A program made the translations under genes and the position numbers. The notes beneath the pieces are model-generated. The model saw only the letters and a list, made by a program, of their open reading frames with translations, was not told the DNA's origin and did no database searches. Below, piece after piece: positions 41,901 to 56,166 of a stretch of DNA of 64,000 nt. This DNA comes from Trichoplax adhaerens (Eukaryota > Animalia > Placozoa): NCBI RefSeq assembly GCF_000150275.1, contig NW_002060947.1, positions 294,695-358,694 of the forward strand, given 5' to 3'. How positions within the stretch are numbered: the first letter of the stretch is position 1; each line of letters starts with the position of its first letter.

Positions 41901-44900
41901 GTATACAATATGAGCGATGCAAGTGTTCTCATTCATCATATTATTCACTGTCCATAAATAATTGATTTTATGACTGTGCAATGTATAAAAATCTATAGTA
42001 TATAATTTTTGCTTCATGAACTAAATTAAAATAAAGCTATATCTCTCTCATAAACTGGTTTTGCTCCAAGAGCGTTTATTGTCACAAATTTGCTCCTAAA
42101 TAATCTCGTTTTTGAAAAAATACCAAATTATTAAAATTAAGCGATTAGTTAGCAGTTCCTTGCTAATTGTCTTCATTCATAATTTTAAAGAGGACATACA
42201 TAACTATATTGGTATATCAGAGCTACCTGAGGTACTGTAAAGAAATGGAATTATATGCGGTATATACAGAAATGGCGATGACGCTGGACTTGCAAATGAT
42301 AATATCATTAATAAATTTCTGAAATTTTAATTATCATAGCTTGATAACCTGATTATGAATTCATTTAATTAAGTGGAGGATATAAAATACGCTCAATATT
42401 AAACTGTACGAGATACGACTTAGATTATAATTTATCATTTCCTGATAAATATTTGTTGCTACCTAATTTACAATCAAATCATCTCTCAACTTCTATCTTA
42501 AATGAAAATCATAAGCTTTTACAGTATATTGTAGTTACAATGTCGATTAAGATTATTACTAATTTATAAGAGCAGTAGGTGCTTATATAACTTAGCTATA
42601 AGTTTATACAGTATATAGTTAGATTCCAATAAATATTTTAAAAAAATTTTAAGTGTATAATATTAAACAGGATGCCATTGTAAAAGGCCCAACGCCGGTG
42701 CATCGCAAGCTATTCAACTTAAGATAGATTTCCTATAAACTATTAACCTTGTTATTGAAGTCTATGTCGTACAGGAAAACTTACTTAAAAATTCTCTTTT
42801 CTTCTCAAGTTTTTTAGATAAAATTCTACGCATTATAAGATTTCAGCACAATTACAACGATCTCTAGCATGATCATTCATAAATTTGAATGATAATTTCT
42901 TAGAATATCTATTTCAAAGCCAGATTACTTAAAGTTATAGAGAAGGTTTCATAGTTTATAATTAGTAAATTATGAAGATTTTCATTCTTATCAAAATCAT
43001 GCCTTAATGGCTTACATGAAAGATTAAAACTAATTTCAAAAGTTAAAGCTTTTCATTAATTCTTCACAATTATTAATTGAAGTATGCGCTTAATACTTTA
43101 TGTACACGAGATTACTTAGTATGATGCTTGATTTTTTTTGTCAATAAACGATCTTAAAAGTCTAATAAAGAGTTGCTATTTCTCGCCTTAAGCTTTAATT
43201 TTGATAGGACTATTCGTTTAGCTTAAATGGAAGAAATATTATTAAATTTAAGGTTGAGCTCTATTGAATAAATACATGTCAGAAAGGTTATTTACTATTA
43301 GAAACTTATGTTGTCAAATCTAATTCCAATCATTCTAAAAAAGCAATTCTACATTACGACCTTTTAGTATTTTCTCTCTCAATGTTTTTCATGACGTCAT
43401 TATACAATGGCATATTTTAAATAACAAACAAAATTAAAAGCCGTTTTCTTTCAATTTTATGTTCTTGTTTTTAATGTCATGGTTAAATTACGTAAGTAGA
43501 ATATCTGGCGTATCTTGTATTCAATTATATTTACATGTAATAGTGATCACAATGTATTCGCACTAACTAATTGAAATTTATATAATGAACTATATTACAG
43601 TATACAAGATAGGATGTAGTGCTCAATTTGACCATTAGTTATGGTGATATGAATTTTGTGCTTAATTAGTATTCACATAAATTATGTAATTATTATGTGC
43701 TATGATATGTTGCCATGGAAGTAGGCCTCTTGTCCAAAACAGTGAGATCCCTGCACTACGGTAGGAAAAAATCACAATAATGGAAGGGTCAAAATCTCTT
43801 ACAGTAAAGCTATCCTAATATATTATAGTCGTTCTAATAATTAATTTCTAATAACATCTACTATTGTGATCATCAAGACCGATAGCTTTATTTCAGACAT
43901 TGTGATTGTGATATAGTATTCTGGTTCAGCAGTTAGGCTTAGTCTTTTATCTACGTACAAAAAGAAAATTATACATTCCTTTTGCTAGAATTATCGTGAT
44001 CTGGCTATGTGTATGCAATATAAGGAATATACGTGTAGCATATAATATCTTGACTAAGATATTAGTATAAAGGTTGTAATGGATATTAATAATCGCACGG
44101 AGGAATATAGAATTGAAATTACCATCAGAAATGTATATTTATTAATTTATTTATGCTACTTAATTATCGCATACTTTAATTGAGTTAGTCAACCATAGGA
44201 AAATCATAACTTAATCGTTTTCTATAATGAAACAATTGTAAATCAATTTCATCCTGTGTTTGTTTATTATAAACCATTTCGAAGAATTAGTTGACGATAA
44301 AATTTCACGTACTGTTATGTTGATAATATCAAGTGTTTACTATTAAACATACAGTATTAGAATAATGGACATAAAATAATACAAGTATTCATGATATAAC
44401 TTAAAAATTGAATTAAGCAAAGCAAAACAGTCAAAAACATTAGCACTAAGAGAATTGGAGAAACACTGAAGATTTCTATAAAATTAGCAAGTAAATGCAG
44501 AATAAAAGATATAGCTTGTTTTCAAATTCCTCACTCACTACCGGTATGGATCTTTAATTCTCATATGATTTCGTGTTTAAGCATCTTCTTATCATTAATG
44601 TAACAATGCAGAATAGGTCAGAGAGATTACTGTAATGTTGTTGTTTGTAAATATAAATTTTAGTTATTAGAGTCCATTCTAGTATAGCCCAGCTATATCA
44701 CCAACCGTGATTATTAGAAAACTCAAATGAAGCATATATTTTTAAGCGAACATTGTTTATAAAATGTATAGCAACTTTCGAAAGTGCTAGTATGAAAGCG
44801 ACTTTTCTTTAATAATAGTTTTATAGCGGCGTAATTAAACTTTGTAGTATGATAATCCTGAATTCAAATTGGAAATTTCTAAAGTATAAGATCTTTATAC

Positions 44901-47686
44901 AAGGGTTCTTACCTATTACATAACTAATGGATATCACTCTAGTTGTTTCAACCTGTGTATTTATTATGTTATTCTACCATTAAATCTACTTTTTACCAAT
45001 TCGAAACACTAAAGTATTATTACATATAAATAATAAATGCAGAAGTACGATGGTTTCAGATCTCCATTTCGGATATTTTTGTAAATTCTTATTATGATAC
45101 CGTACAAAGGTACGAAATTCTTGTTTTTGGTATTTGCTTAATTAAATAATGCATCAAAGTTATCTTATTATTCGTTTCAAATACTGATTTCGGCAATATC
45201 ACTTAAAGATGTAATTACCATGAATTTTTCCCTTGATTTCTACGCTAGCTAATATAACTATATAATTTTAATACATAAAATTTAATTTTTATCATCGTAA
45301 ACATAAATTACTTCGAATATGAATAATGCTCGAAGATAATTGTGGACATGCGAATAGAAGATGTTTTAGAAAAGGTTTTTTTATCGATGCCAAGCTACTC
45401 AAAAGCGAACCATAATTGCATTTTGTATGCATTGATGACAGTTTATCAATTATCATGCTTTGATGCACATTCTTATGATTACTGTGAACTTGTTTCATGA
45501 TTCAATGCAAATTAGTATTAAATTGATAATTATGTAGGTAAATAGTGAAATGGGTTACTACAGTCTGTTAGCTTATGAAAATTGAATTCATAGTTGCTAT
45601 CTAGAAAAGGATAATATTACTTTCACTGCTTCTTGATTGCCAACCTTCAGTACTGAGATATGCCGAGGAATATGAACTACAGTCACCTAATTACTATTTC
45701 CTTTTTAAACAGGCAGATATTTAGTGGTAAATGGTAATTGATATCGAGCATACATGGATACCAGAGTTGACGCAATATTTCTATTATTTTCTTTAATGAT
45801 CTCCTGCGTTAATCAACGTTTACTGAAAAACAGTAATTAAATTAGTTATACAGTATAGAAGGCACAAATGGCGCCGCGCCGTATTGTCGGTGTGTGACGC
45901 CGATATAAACAATAATTACACCGCGTAGAAAAGTCTACTATGCCATTGTAGCTTTAAAAACATACATTTATTTGTTTTGTATGGTTTAGTTGATGCAATT
46001 CTAGATATCGGTATATCTGATTAATTTCTTCCTGATATCTATTGTATATTTGATCGGGGTTAATAAATAATTCATAGACCATAAATATCGAATACTGAGT
46101 GGTACCTCAATACTAGATATTACTTTACCGTAATTACATAATTTAGAAAAGGGATTTGAATTCTAAGTAGTAGACAGATTATTTATGACCATCATAAATA
46201 ATAAATTTTTAGTCGCCACATTATCAGAATTCATTGTTCAGTTAATGTGTGAAGTCTACATGTTTCATATTTACTGCAACGCAATAAAAATTTTATGAAT
46301 GCGGTAGTTGAAAGCAAATATTGATTACTTTCCATTCCGGATGACTCAATTCCTTATGTTGATAATGCCAACTTAAATATTTTCCTTGCATTTAATTCCT
46401 CGGAATTTAGCTATGAAAAGAATTCTGTATAGGCATATGAGACCACTAAAATTTATTAAATATTAAACATTAGGTTTTGTAGATCAAGTCAAGATAATCG
46501 CTTAATTAATTTAAACTATGGTACGGCATCCTGCATATTTGAATTGTTGCCTAAATAATCCACATTCTATCCAAAATTATCCTTTAAAGATAGCAGTAAC
46601 TACTAGTTTTAAGCTAAGCATTCAACCCATTTTTTTTACTTTGGATTGCTAATATGTTGATCAATATAATAGATGCCATAGCCCCTTATGCACTATATTT
46701 AGATATTATTTTACATTTCTTTTAATATCTGGCTACATCTACCGTCTTCAATAAGGTTTTACCGTTAAGAAATTTATTCTTTTATTTATTATTAGAGCTT
46801 AACGTTTACAGAATAATGTTGCTAAACATTAGTAAGTTTTAATTAATAAGTTACATATTTGTTATAGCAACGAATATTTTCAGGTAAGTATTAATTTAAA
46901 GTTAGTACTTATTATGTTTAATAATTGTTGCGCATATGCAATTTTATATTGTTTTCATGCTTGCAGATACAGCATAAGGTGCAATTAATCTATTAATCTA
47001 TTGACTGCTCAGCAATAGGCTTAGAAAAAAAGGCACTTAATAAAGTATAAATTAGTTTACTGTTCAGCTTAAGCTGGCATTGTTATACATGACTTTATCT
47101 TTGTATACTCCTAGTGCTAAAGCGCAAAATAATTATGCATATGAAATTACTATTTACTTGAGAATTTACGACTTATTAGATAATATCAAAAAATTTTGTG
47201 ATATGCGAACACCTACTCAATACCATCCATTTCCTATGCATTTAATAATGATATCATATGAGTTCTAATTATTCTAATTGTATTACTATAAATTAAGGAA
47301 AATTTAATTTGAAGATGAAATGGTGCCAATTATTCGTGAATTTAGGATATATAAATCTTTATCGGTACTTTGCTAGATCTATTATAAATGATTTAATTCT
47401 TTAGTTAAATAAATATAAATAAACAAAATTTGATACCGAATATTCATCTTAATTACTAATGTAATTCTTTCTTTTCATAAATTACTGTATCGAATCGATC
47501 TCAATATTCTCAAAATATATTCTGCATTCAAATTGAATAACTGATCAGCGATATATTCTTGGCTATTATAGTTTTACTCTTAAAGATAAATCAAAAATCG
47601 AATTTACTCGGGTATTAATATAATTAAATGAACTTCGAGATTACGAGAATTATTAATATTAATCATATTTATGATTATTGGAACTG

Positions 47687-48784
47687 CTATAAATGAAAGG
47701 AATTCGATGGTTCTGATGTCAACCATGGACCAATTACATTTTTATTGCGAGGATGGCAGAATTTAAAACACATTATATTTCTTCGATAATATTCCCATTG
47801 CTTAATCACTAGGTTGCGTAACCGAGAGTTAGAAGAGATATAAATAATTGGATTAACAGCACAATTTGTATATGGTAGCCATACGAAAATGATACCTAAA
47901 ACATCCACTTTGTTAGCAAGTTGATTAGGAGGATTAATGGTATATATGAGAACTTGTATAACTGCGGGTAACCAACATAAGATATTAGTACCAACAATTA
48001 AAGCCGTTGTACGTACTGTTCTAAGCAAACTTGCTTCTTTGTTTCCTTTAATATCTATCGATTTTTGTTGACTTTTTACCCATTTCTTATATGCAACGCG
48101 AAAAATAAAGAGATAAGCAATAGCTACCACAGCTACGCTATTTAAAATTGATGCGGCTGAAATTACATTAAATAGGTAATTATCTTGATAATCGTGTAAG
48201 TCAATACCACAGTAATAAGTACTATTTGTATACCTATATCGTCCTAAACCATAACGTTGTAATGATAATAAGGGTAGCATAGCTACAATTGATGGAAATA
48301 GCCATGACGTACTAATCATAAAAGCTGTCCTAGATGGTGTTGTTATACGCTCATATCGGAAAGGCCAAAGTACTGCTACAAATCGATCCATCGTGATGGT
48401 AATGCTGGTATTTAATGAAGCTCCAAATATGATATAATTAATGTATGCTGATATTTGACAAAATGTATCATTAAATAGCATTTTACCTTGAATAGCCGAA
48501 TAGGCCATAGGTGGTAAAACAATTATTGCTGTTAATATGTCTGCAACGGCCAAATTTGCAATCAAAAACGACGATGTTTTGTGCAAGCTACGGCATCTAT
48601 AAATGGCATAAAAGATATAGAGATTGCCAGCCATTGCAGTAGTCATGATAATAGCGATAAAAGTTACTAAAATAGGTAATAAAATAGCTAAGTCAGTGTC
48701 ATCGGAGTTATTGAAGGAGTAGTCGTGGGAAATTTTATCATACGATGAATTAATATCCATAGTTGGTCGACTTAGGTTATTCAT
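47687..48784 (-). CDS. Class A (rhodopsin-like) orphan GPCR, intronless CDS, about 365 aa
   Basis: Canonical motifs: GN (TM1), LAVAD (TM2), DRF, SW (TM4), CWLP, NPIIY, plus N-terminal glycosylation sequons. The first in-frame ATG is at 48784; the ORF track starts at a GTG. Confidence 0.95.
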   Translation of the reverse strand: MNNLSRPTMDINSSYDKISHDYSFNNSDDTDLAILLPILVTFIAIIMTTAMAGNLYIFYAIYRCRSLHKTSSFLIANLAVADILTAIIVLPPMAYSAIQGKMLFNDTFCQISAYINYIIFGASLNTSITITMDRFVAVLWPFRYERITTPSRTAFMISTSWLFPSIVAMLPLLSLQRYGLGRYRYTNSTYYCGIDLHDYQDNYLFNVISAASILNSVAVVAIAYLFIFRVAYKKWVKSQQKSIDIKGNKEASLLRTVRTTALIVGTNILCWLPAVIQVLIYTINPPNQLANKVDVLGIIFVWLPYTNCAVNPIIYISSNSRLRNLVIKQWEYYRRNIMCFKFCHPRNKNVIGPWLTSEPSNSFHL

Positions 48785-51547
48785 GCTGGTATTCACGTTG
48801 GATTCGATGTCTTAATATTTCTTTTCTATCATGCTTTAGTCAAATTCTTGGATTAAAATATGTTAAAATCTAAATGATATGAGTTATAATAAATACTCAG
48901 AGAGAACAGCGGATTGAAAATCGTTCGCTTAGTGGTTTTGGCTTTTCTCCTTTAGCTTATTGATTGGATGTATAAATTAGTTAGTCTAAAATGGAAAATC
49001 AAATTGATCAGGAGGATAAATTATTTTAAATGTTGCTTCGTCACTGATACAGAGATTCTATTACATTATGTCTGCGGAGGGTTGTATTCATAGATATTAT
49101 AATCTGTCACCCGGTAAAAGAAATAAAATCATGAATGGGTACACAATAATACCTTTACTTTCACAAAGGTACAATATATTGAGGGCTTATTTTCCATTAG
49201 AATAATTGATCGACTAAAAATGACGTGAGCGTTTTAGTTATTCCTATTGTAACAGCAGAAATCGCTTCTATTATGAATAAAATGATCTTACCTATAGAAA
49301 AGAAACAATAAATACCTAGTTAGTGGCAAAAAGAGGGAAAATAACTATTATCGCATAGTAGTAATGCAGTTTAATGCATCATAATAGCAAGGACAAATGA
49401 AGATAATAGTAGAAAGTATTGAAGTCTAATAGGACAAATTGTAAAGTCTAAAGATATTTGAATAGAATCCTGCATCCGCTACATGACGTATGCAGCGCAA
49501 GCCTATGATCAACAGTCTATTTCTTGAAATTAATTGCAAAACAATGACTTTATTTAGACTAGTCCAAGAATATCCAGGATGTAAAGATGAATAAAAGCGA
49601 TGTTATACCCGTAATCCATAAAATAATATTGTTATGCGCAGTCGCATGTTAAATATTTATAGATATTTATAAAATTAATAAAAGGAACGAAAATTAGAGT
49701 AGGCTAGCTGTTTCGTTACTATCTCATCATTCTGTATGATCAAACTGTATATTTCGGTTATCTAAAGTTAGTTAACTTCTGTACTATGAGCACTCATGAT
49801 TTTACGATATTTATCATAAAAGGAAACTAACATTAATCAGTATGTAAGAATTTGCTATAAGTGTTTATAATCGCCGTAATCAAAGAATAGTTTAGTCACA
49901 ATACTGCTTCGGTCTTAATCTTTAAGTTAAGTAAACCAGTCTTCTGTAAGTAATATGCGATAAAAATATAATTAATGAATGATAATTATAAATATATATA
50001 TTGTATATATAACATATATATTATTCATGTCTAAGCAAAATTTCCAGCAGTTTATTTCGCATTTTCATAATCCATGAAATTTTAATTTACTGTTTCTAAT
50101 AATACTCATTAAAATTGATTGTTTAAAACGATCAGGATGTCAAACTGAAAAAAGTTGCTCCAATCTATAAAATTAAATAAATTTTGAACGCATAACAGTT
50201 GAAAGTTAAAGGTCGTTGATATCTACCTGTAATGAAAATAAGATATTGTGTTATTCTTTTAGCTTCATAGCTGGGCGTAAATCATTCCAATAGAACATTA
50301 AAAAGCATAAATGAATATCGAACGGAATTTGAATAGCAATTTAATCAAATTATCATTTTACAAAGATATTTTAAATTTAAAATCTAATAACTCATATTGA
50401 ATGCCATTCTTCACTTTTTAATAGTGTTATTTGCATCGAAAATTGAAAGGAAAATATAAAAAAGTGAAAAATTCAATTCTTAAGCAATCAATGCATGAAT
50501 TTTGCTCATTAGCCATACGAATGGATGTATTGTAGTGCACAGCATATTGAGAATTTATCAAGTACTTTACAACCCGTAATATAATGAAGGATAGTTCAAT
50601 ATGGATTTATTATCACTGCATTCATTGTAAATTTCTGATTCAGATTTCTAGTATATACTCGCGAATTTATAAATCATGATGCTGAAAGTTATTAAAGATA
50701 CGTTCCATTGCTACAACAAGAAAACATCCAATGTACCAATGCAATGTTGATTATTAATTAATCTTGTAAGACAGAATAGCATAACTGTGAAGTGATATAA
50801 ATAGCAGATTTTCTTTTAATTTAACCTTTATTCCAGAATTAATTTGGAAGCTATTTAGTTCAAAGTAATACATTTGCCTGTAAAATATAGAAATGATAAA
50901 ATTTCAGGCTATTGTTATGATTTCACTTACCATTGCAATATTTAATTTATTCTTTCAAAAGCATCTTTTTGGTTGAAAATCTCCAGCCTGTAGAATGGAT
51001 CTTAAGACTAACATTATATATATTGTAGTAAAATTAATTCGTACTTTCAAGGACTCAGGCAATAAATAGATTCAATAAGTCGTATTTTCATATACCTTAT
51101 ACTTTAGCTTGGTCTAAATAATAAATATAGCTTCTACAAAAGAATCTGCACTTTTTATTTGAAGTTAGTAAATTAGTAATCTGTAAGATACCATAATTCT
51201 GATTTATATTAACCTTTGCTTTTATCATTGTGGTCGTTAAATGAAGAGTTATTTACACTTTTCATTCAGACACTAAATGATTGATTTACTTGAATCATTA
51301 GATCTCAATCTCAAGTGTCAATAGCGCCTCCAACCAATAAACTTAATCCAAAATTTTAGAGTAACTATTAATATAAAAATCAAATTTATTCCAGTAATTA
51401 TAAGAATACATGTCTATTTCGTAAAGAGCTATACCTCATTGCTTAAATTAAATCTCGTTAAACAACGTACTATTTAATTGCAAATGCCGCGACATCTTTA
51501 GCAGCTATAGAAGTACAGTATTAGCATAATTACAGCTACTCCAGTGT

Positions 51548-51980
51548 TGTCACAAACCAGCTTCGTGACAAGGATAACGTAAAAAAAATCTCTAAGTTAC
51601 TATAGTCTTCCGGAATTCAGTATCCCTTAACTACCTCACAAGAATTTAGACGCCTTTGATTCTACGTTAAAACAACTAGACAATTGAGAACTGCGTTATT
51701 CAACTATCTGACGGGCTTATATACCCTTCTACAGCAGCTAACATTCACAAGTCATCTTATAAAAATACTTAGGTGAGAACATCTACTAACTAGTTTTTCA
51801 CAGTCGGACTACAATATGTCCATTCACAGAATTATTTCAGAGCACATTGCAGTACATCACTGTAACATATTTATAATTAGAATAATTCTTATTGTAAGTA
51901 ACTAATTGTAATATATTATCACTATAATATATTAACCAAATTTAGATAGCTATTTCTTCACGGTAGTTCGTACCGTGACA
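51548..51980 (-). mobile_element. Solo-LTR-like element, family C (433 bp)
   Basis: Termini TGTCACAA...TACCGTGACA; perfect TSD AGTGT/AGTGT. The first ~35 bp resemble the family A end, and TATATAAG lies on the minus strand at about 51716-51723. Confidence 0.85.
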
Positions 51981-52460
51981 AGTGTATACAGTAGTAAACG
52001 CCTTTTACTCTACGCATAGGCGATAAAAGAGTAAGTATTTGGTGAATAATGTTTTTATAACAAGTAATACAATAAAGACAGACAAGCATTACATTAAATC
52101 GCCAGTGCTTAATACGTGCCTAGTGAGATAATATAATGATAAGCGTTATGTACTTCCATCAATAGGTATTAAAACTTAAATAAAAAGAACTATGACGATG
52201 CCATTATTAAATTATATCTTGATATTATTTCTCTTCTTAAACGTTGATACGCTTGACTATACGCAAAAAATATAGGTAAATTAATGGTAGTTGGATAATT
52301 GAATAACAGGAATACAAAGTTATGGGGAGAAAAGACGAATTAAAACCAGGATAGACTAGCAAAATATAGTTTTAAATTTACGCGAAATCTTTTTAATTGG
52401 CACTATTACTCCACAAATTTTGACACCCATGGTGGTATAAATTAACTTTTATTGCGATCA

Positions 52461-52670
52461 TCTTACTTAAAATAACAGAAAAGTAGTAAAGCTACATAAA
52501 TTGAATTTAAATACACGGACTGTACAGTACAGTACTTTTGTACAGCATACAGTACACGGATAACGGTAAAAAGTTACTGAACCTCTGACAGGTCTATCAA
52601 ATGGTAATACTATCTGTTAAATGAGCACATTATCGTAAACCGTCAGCAAAGTGACGGGAGTTTGCACTAG
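52461..52670 (+). mobile_element. Non-autonomous Helitron-like element
   Basis: The 3' hairpin CCGTCA-GCAAAG-TGACGG (52640-52657) is followed 9 nt later by CTAG|T. A candidate 5' end A|TC lies at 52461, with an internal (TACAG)n-like tract. A second copy is at 63456-63630. Confidence 0.75.
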
Positions 52671-53167
52671 TACTCCTAATTCATAACGATCAATGACTGT
52701 AGGTATAAAATTAAATTTTAACTTGAAAAATTATAAACTGCTCGTAATTACCAAGCAGTCTCATAAGACACTAGCTTAGATACGCATCAGCTATGAGATT
52801 TCAATATAAGATTAACTGATTACGTAAATTTATGCAAGTAAAATACAATTTTTACATTTCACCAAATGTTTAAACTATAATATGATTAGACTACATTTCA
52901 GTAGTTTAACTTTGATACTACTAGATATGTATGATATTCAAATTTATAGCTCAAATTATATAATGGAGTCATTAGTTTACTAGAGCATTGTTGTATTGAC
53001 CTAAAAATGAAAAATGAAGATCGATATCTATTATCTTTATTACTTCACTTTCATAGAACTATTCTCTTCTTAGTTTGTTGATTTATTAGTAGCACGATTT
53101 CAAATAATAAAGCAAATAAAATTATGGATTCATTTACTGAACAGAATCATAGGCATAAAGAATTTTT

Positions 53168-53783
53168 TGTTCGTATGAGTGTTATTTATCTTAAGAATTA
53201 AATGCTATATCTACAGTATGCTGCATTGATTACTGTAACGAAACTTAGTATTGTGATCGTAGACTTTTAGCCATGTTAGTAAGATGTACGAAAGCACGAC
53301 TTTCTATATTTATCTTAAGATGTATTTGGTAGCTCGCTACTATGGACTGCAGTGGTAGATTCTATGCTATAGTATAGATGACTATATATAGCAAGATGTT
53401 GAGTTACTATTAAGGCTAGAGGTAAGAATAGAACTGTAATCCATATATTAGGATATGCTTAGTTTACCGTACTTTGACTGCCAAGAATAATATCTACGAA
53501 AATATTGTACTTGTTCCCAAATCGGATTAATGATGGTCCGCTGTAAAATGTTGCCACTAATAATAATTTGACTATGCGTAAATTAAAGTAGAATAACGCT
53601 ATGCTGATTGTGGCTGTGACTGGTATAAAATGAATATACGCTGGCAACTTTAGACTATTCAGTTCGTTCGCTCTAGAAGTTCTTCAATAGTTGTATTTGG
53701 CTAGAGTAGAGCTGTGTGCAGCTAGCCTTTGCATTAGATCTAATAAAGTTCTAATTTTCTACTACTTGGGAATTTTCGTGATT
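53168..53783 (+). repeat. Old dispersed repeat family B, copy 3 (opposite orientation to copies 1-2); boundaries approximate
   Basis: The reverse complement aligns with 9030-9647. It starts TGT, ends TTTTCGTGA and contains TATAAAA then AATAAA. Confidence 0.65.
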
Positions 53784-54611
53784 GGATTTTATCATAGTTA
53801 CATATAATTATTTAACGAAATTTGATATTGATAACACCTAAAATCGATAAATTCGCTATGGTTATGTACTTAAGAATTCTAAAAAATGTTTACAATTAGC
53901 TATCTAGTAAGCACCCATCTTCCTTTATTGCAGTCTTATAGGGAGAATGAATAGATGAAGAAGAATACTTTAAGAATTGCTTTGATGTTAACAACAGTAA
54001 TTATTGACATTTCCTTTTTGTAACTAATTTATTCAATTATCTGCTCCTACTGCAGAAATTCTTGATATTTCAAATGTAAAGGACAATAATATTGCAATAG
54101 GCAGCTATAAAATTGAAAAAGTACACTATTTAAATTTAAAAATAACTCTATAAGAGTGTCAACTATTATTAATTGCTCATCCTTCTACCGGAAAAAAACT
54201 AATAACTGTATCTTACAGTTAGATTAGTAATTATAAGAAATTATAGTATAGGTAAACATATTAGAGATTCATCATAGCGAATATAAAATGAAGTAACAGA
54301 AACAGTAAAATAATGCAGTTATATCTTTGATAAATACTCGCATACAATGAAATATGATGATATTAACTGTATCATATCCAAAAAATATTATAAAGGTACC
54401 TTGATTAACAATAATATAGCGTTCCTGCTTCTTTCACCACAGAATTAATTTACAATATAGTCTTCGTGTAATTACTACAGTTAAATGAATTAAAAAGACG
54501 AAAAATAGTCTAAATTATAGATTTATGATCACCATTAAAGGCCGATTTAAATACTTTCACCGTAATCGAATGTCAATAAATAAAGTTTCCCAGGCATGAT
54601 GTTTACTAGTA

Positions 54612-55162
54612 TGTCACAATCACGTTTTTGTGGCATAGTATCTCTACTTATCGTGTAAAACTTAGCTAAGTACGGTACAATCCCGACACTGAACAAGTGC
54701 TACTGGAACTACGCTTCCTATTAGAATACCAACTTCTCGGGTGTGGGACTACACTTCTTTGACCGTCACTAGGTTACTTGATTACACAAGTAGTTAAGCC
54801 TAGGCTTTTGAACAGATAACTATCACTACAGTTTATTCTCTTCTATGCCTTTCTCCTCGTCCACATTACATCATAGTTAGCCTTTATATACTTTCTAAGA
54901 TATTTACTATTTACATTAATCTCACGTAGGAGATTTCACAACCATAACCTATCCAGTAATAATCTTACAACACGACTACAAATCGTGTCAGCATAAACAA
55001 CTCTCTAACACAAAGGTTGCACAGCATCAATATTTATATTTCCCTAGTCTATCCTCATATTCGAATACATACAAAATAACTAAGGACAGTTGATCATCAA
55101 AACACCTTACTAACAAACACCATAACACTTCTAACTCATCACGGCAAAAAGGTACCGTGACA
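54612..55162 (-). mobile_element. Solo-LTR-like element, family D (551 bp)
   Basis: Termini TGTCACAA...TACCGTGACA; perfect TSD TAGTA/TAGTA; minus-strand TATATAAA (about 54890) followed by AATAAA (about 54835). Confidence 0.85.
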
Positions 55163-55535
55163 TAGTAATTCATTATGTTTCTTTCATCTTTCATAATTCA
55201 AAATTAAAAGTATATTTGCGATTTAGAATAGAGGTGACCTTGTCCTAAAATAATGCTATTTACAGGAAGTAAGGCCAAGATAATAGCTAGGCATTTTATT
55301 ACTCATTTTCGATTTTGTCTACTCTTCTTAGTTCTCAATTTTATCCTGTTATTACGCACGAATAGTTTACATGCCTATTTAAAATAAAATATGAAATCAC
55401 TCATTAGTGCTTTATATATTAAGATCAAATTAACGAGAGTATTATATCGTTTATACGTTTCTTTTCGAATTTCTTTCAGGAATTAGATCTAGGCATCATT
55501 ATCTGTGAACAACTAGCAATGCGCTTCTATAACTG

Positions 55536-56166
55536 TGTTACAGTGTTATATACTGTATTACAGCAGAAATATCAATGTTAGGATAATTCTATTAGACTAT
55601 CCTTATTTAGTTAACTTCTAATTTGGATATACTGTATTTTAATATAGCACTGACGTTTTATGACAGTGACACTTATACACATACTGAAATTAATAGTTAT
55701 AATAGGGAATGCAAATCATCTACTTACAGTTCGAATCATTGTGATTGTAATTTACTTATGCTAGATTGTAAATTATCATGGAAATATTCCGTGATAGGAC
55801 ATATCGTAATCTGACTATTCTGTATTAGTCATTACATGTCTATGTTTGTAAATACTGTTGTCTGCATTAAGGGAGCAGTAGCTATAATTAATATCTAATT
55901 CAGTAAATGATTCCGAGGTTAATTGTATTAACTATGACTCATGAACTATTGAGGAACAGTATATAAATGCAGTATATCGTGAAATAAAGAGAATTTCTCC
56001 AACTTAGTGTTTAACGTAAAATACGAGGCGTTTAAGTCTTTGTGTAGTCTGCTAGTAGAGCAAAAGTGTTTGTGATAGTGCAGATATCGTTCCTTGATAC
56101 GTGGTTCAAGGAATTGACTTATTGATCGTATATTGCGTTATCTTGTTGCAAAGCTGTTTTGTGACA
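55536..56166 (+). mobile_element. Solo-LTR-like element, family A
   Basis: Termini TGTTACA...TGTGACA; perfect TSD AACTG/AACTG. Confidence 0.92.
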
